64,000 nucleotides of DNA, taken from the NCBI GenBank assembly GCA_000934665.2, contig KZ538348.1, positions 1 through 64,000 of the forward strand, written 5' to 3'. Under the pieces are notes generated by a model that worked only from the letters and a program-made list of their open reading frames with translations, was not told the origin of the DNA and did no database searches. The translations under genes and the position numbers were made by a program. This document shows, one piece after another, positions 63,291-64,000 of the stretch. Every line of letters begins with the position of its first letter. Within the stretch, counting starts at the first letter, position 1. Source of the DNA: Catajapyx aquilonaris. Taxonomy: Eukaryota.

Positions 63291-64000
63291 TCCATCAAAT
63301 GCAATCAATGAATGAAGTCGAATCATTTAACATAAGATATCTTGAAAGGCCACAAGCCTACCACGCGATAATATTGTTTATTACTATTATCACCATTAAT
63401 CATCATTCCTTGGCGACCACTCCTGATGGGTGGAAGCGTGGGTGGAAGCAAGTCTGGTTGATCCGGAGCTATTGACATCTTGACTCAATACCATCGCCTG
63501 GGAGACGGTCGTCAAGGAGCACCCCAGGGTGGGATGACGTCTTCTTGGGTTACTGGTTGTTTACACCGTCGAGTGAACACCCCATTCAGTGGCGATCAGT
63601 CATCACCAGCTATTTACACTCCCTATTTATTTATAAATGTTCACTCTTGATGTATCATTGTATGTGGGTAATGTGTGTTGGATTTTTCATATCATCGAAT
63701 TCATCATCGCCAAACTCATCCTAATATTATCATCATAATCTCTCATCATAATATTATTTTCTTCTGTGACAGAAAATATGCTGCGCTGAAAGCAATATGA
63801 TCATTCTCTGCAAATAATATGCGGTAGGCTTATCTGGTCACGTCAAAAAAGAGTGTGGTATCCATTGAAGTGTCTTCTTTCTTTTACAAGATACCGGTAC
63901 TACAAAAATATGCACAACTACTTTATGCACATGAAAATTATGCGAAATGGTAATACAAAGTTTTATCAACTTAGGCATAACAAATATTTTAGAAATCAAA

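Overview
Eukaryotic, AT-rich arthropod (very probably insect) genomic DNA with spliceosomal GT-AG introns and one assembly gap (45084-45224). Manual splicing gives five protein-coding genes. Three are paralogous, intron-rich divergent ionotropic receptors (IRs) on the + strand: IR-A (5' end lies outside the window), IR-B (~681 aa) and IR-C (~638 aa), all with near-identical exon sizes and phases. A 9-exon SLC17/sialin-like MFS anion transporter lies on the - strand between IR-A and IR-B. A myofilin-like muscle thick-filament gene lies on the - strand (about 44.4-52.6 kb CDS) with signs of alternative splicing. Introns and intergenic DNA are dense with small non-autonomous elements: Tc1/mariner-, PIF/Harbinger-, hAT- and piggyBac-type MITEs, fold-back hairpins, Helitron remnants and tRNA-derived SINEs with clear TSDs. 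The most notable observations are (i) SINEs built from interchangeable head/body/tail modules with a structurally conserved 3' stem-loop, (ii) a GC-rich long-range RNA duplex downstream of myofilin that encloses a candidate alternative terminal-exon acceptor, and (iii) paralog-specific pore and tail changes in the IR array. All calls come from reading the sequence by eye; no database search was run.
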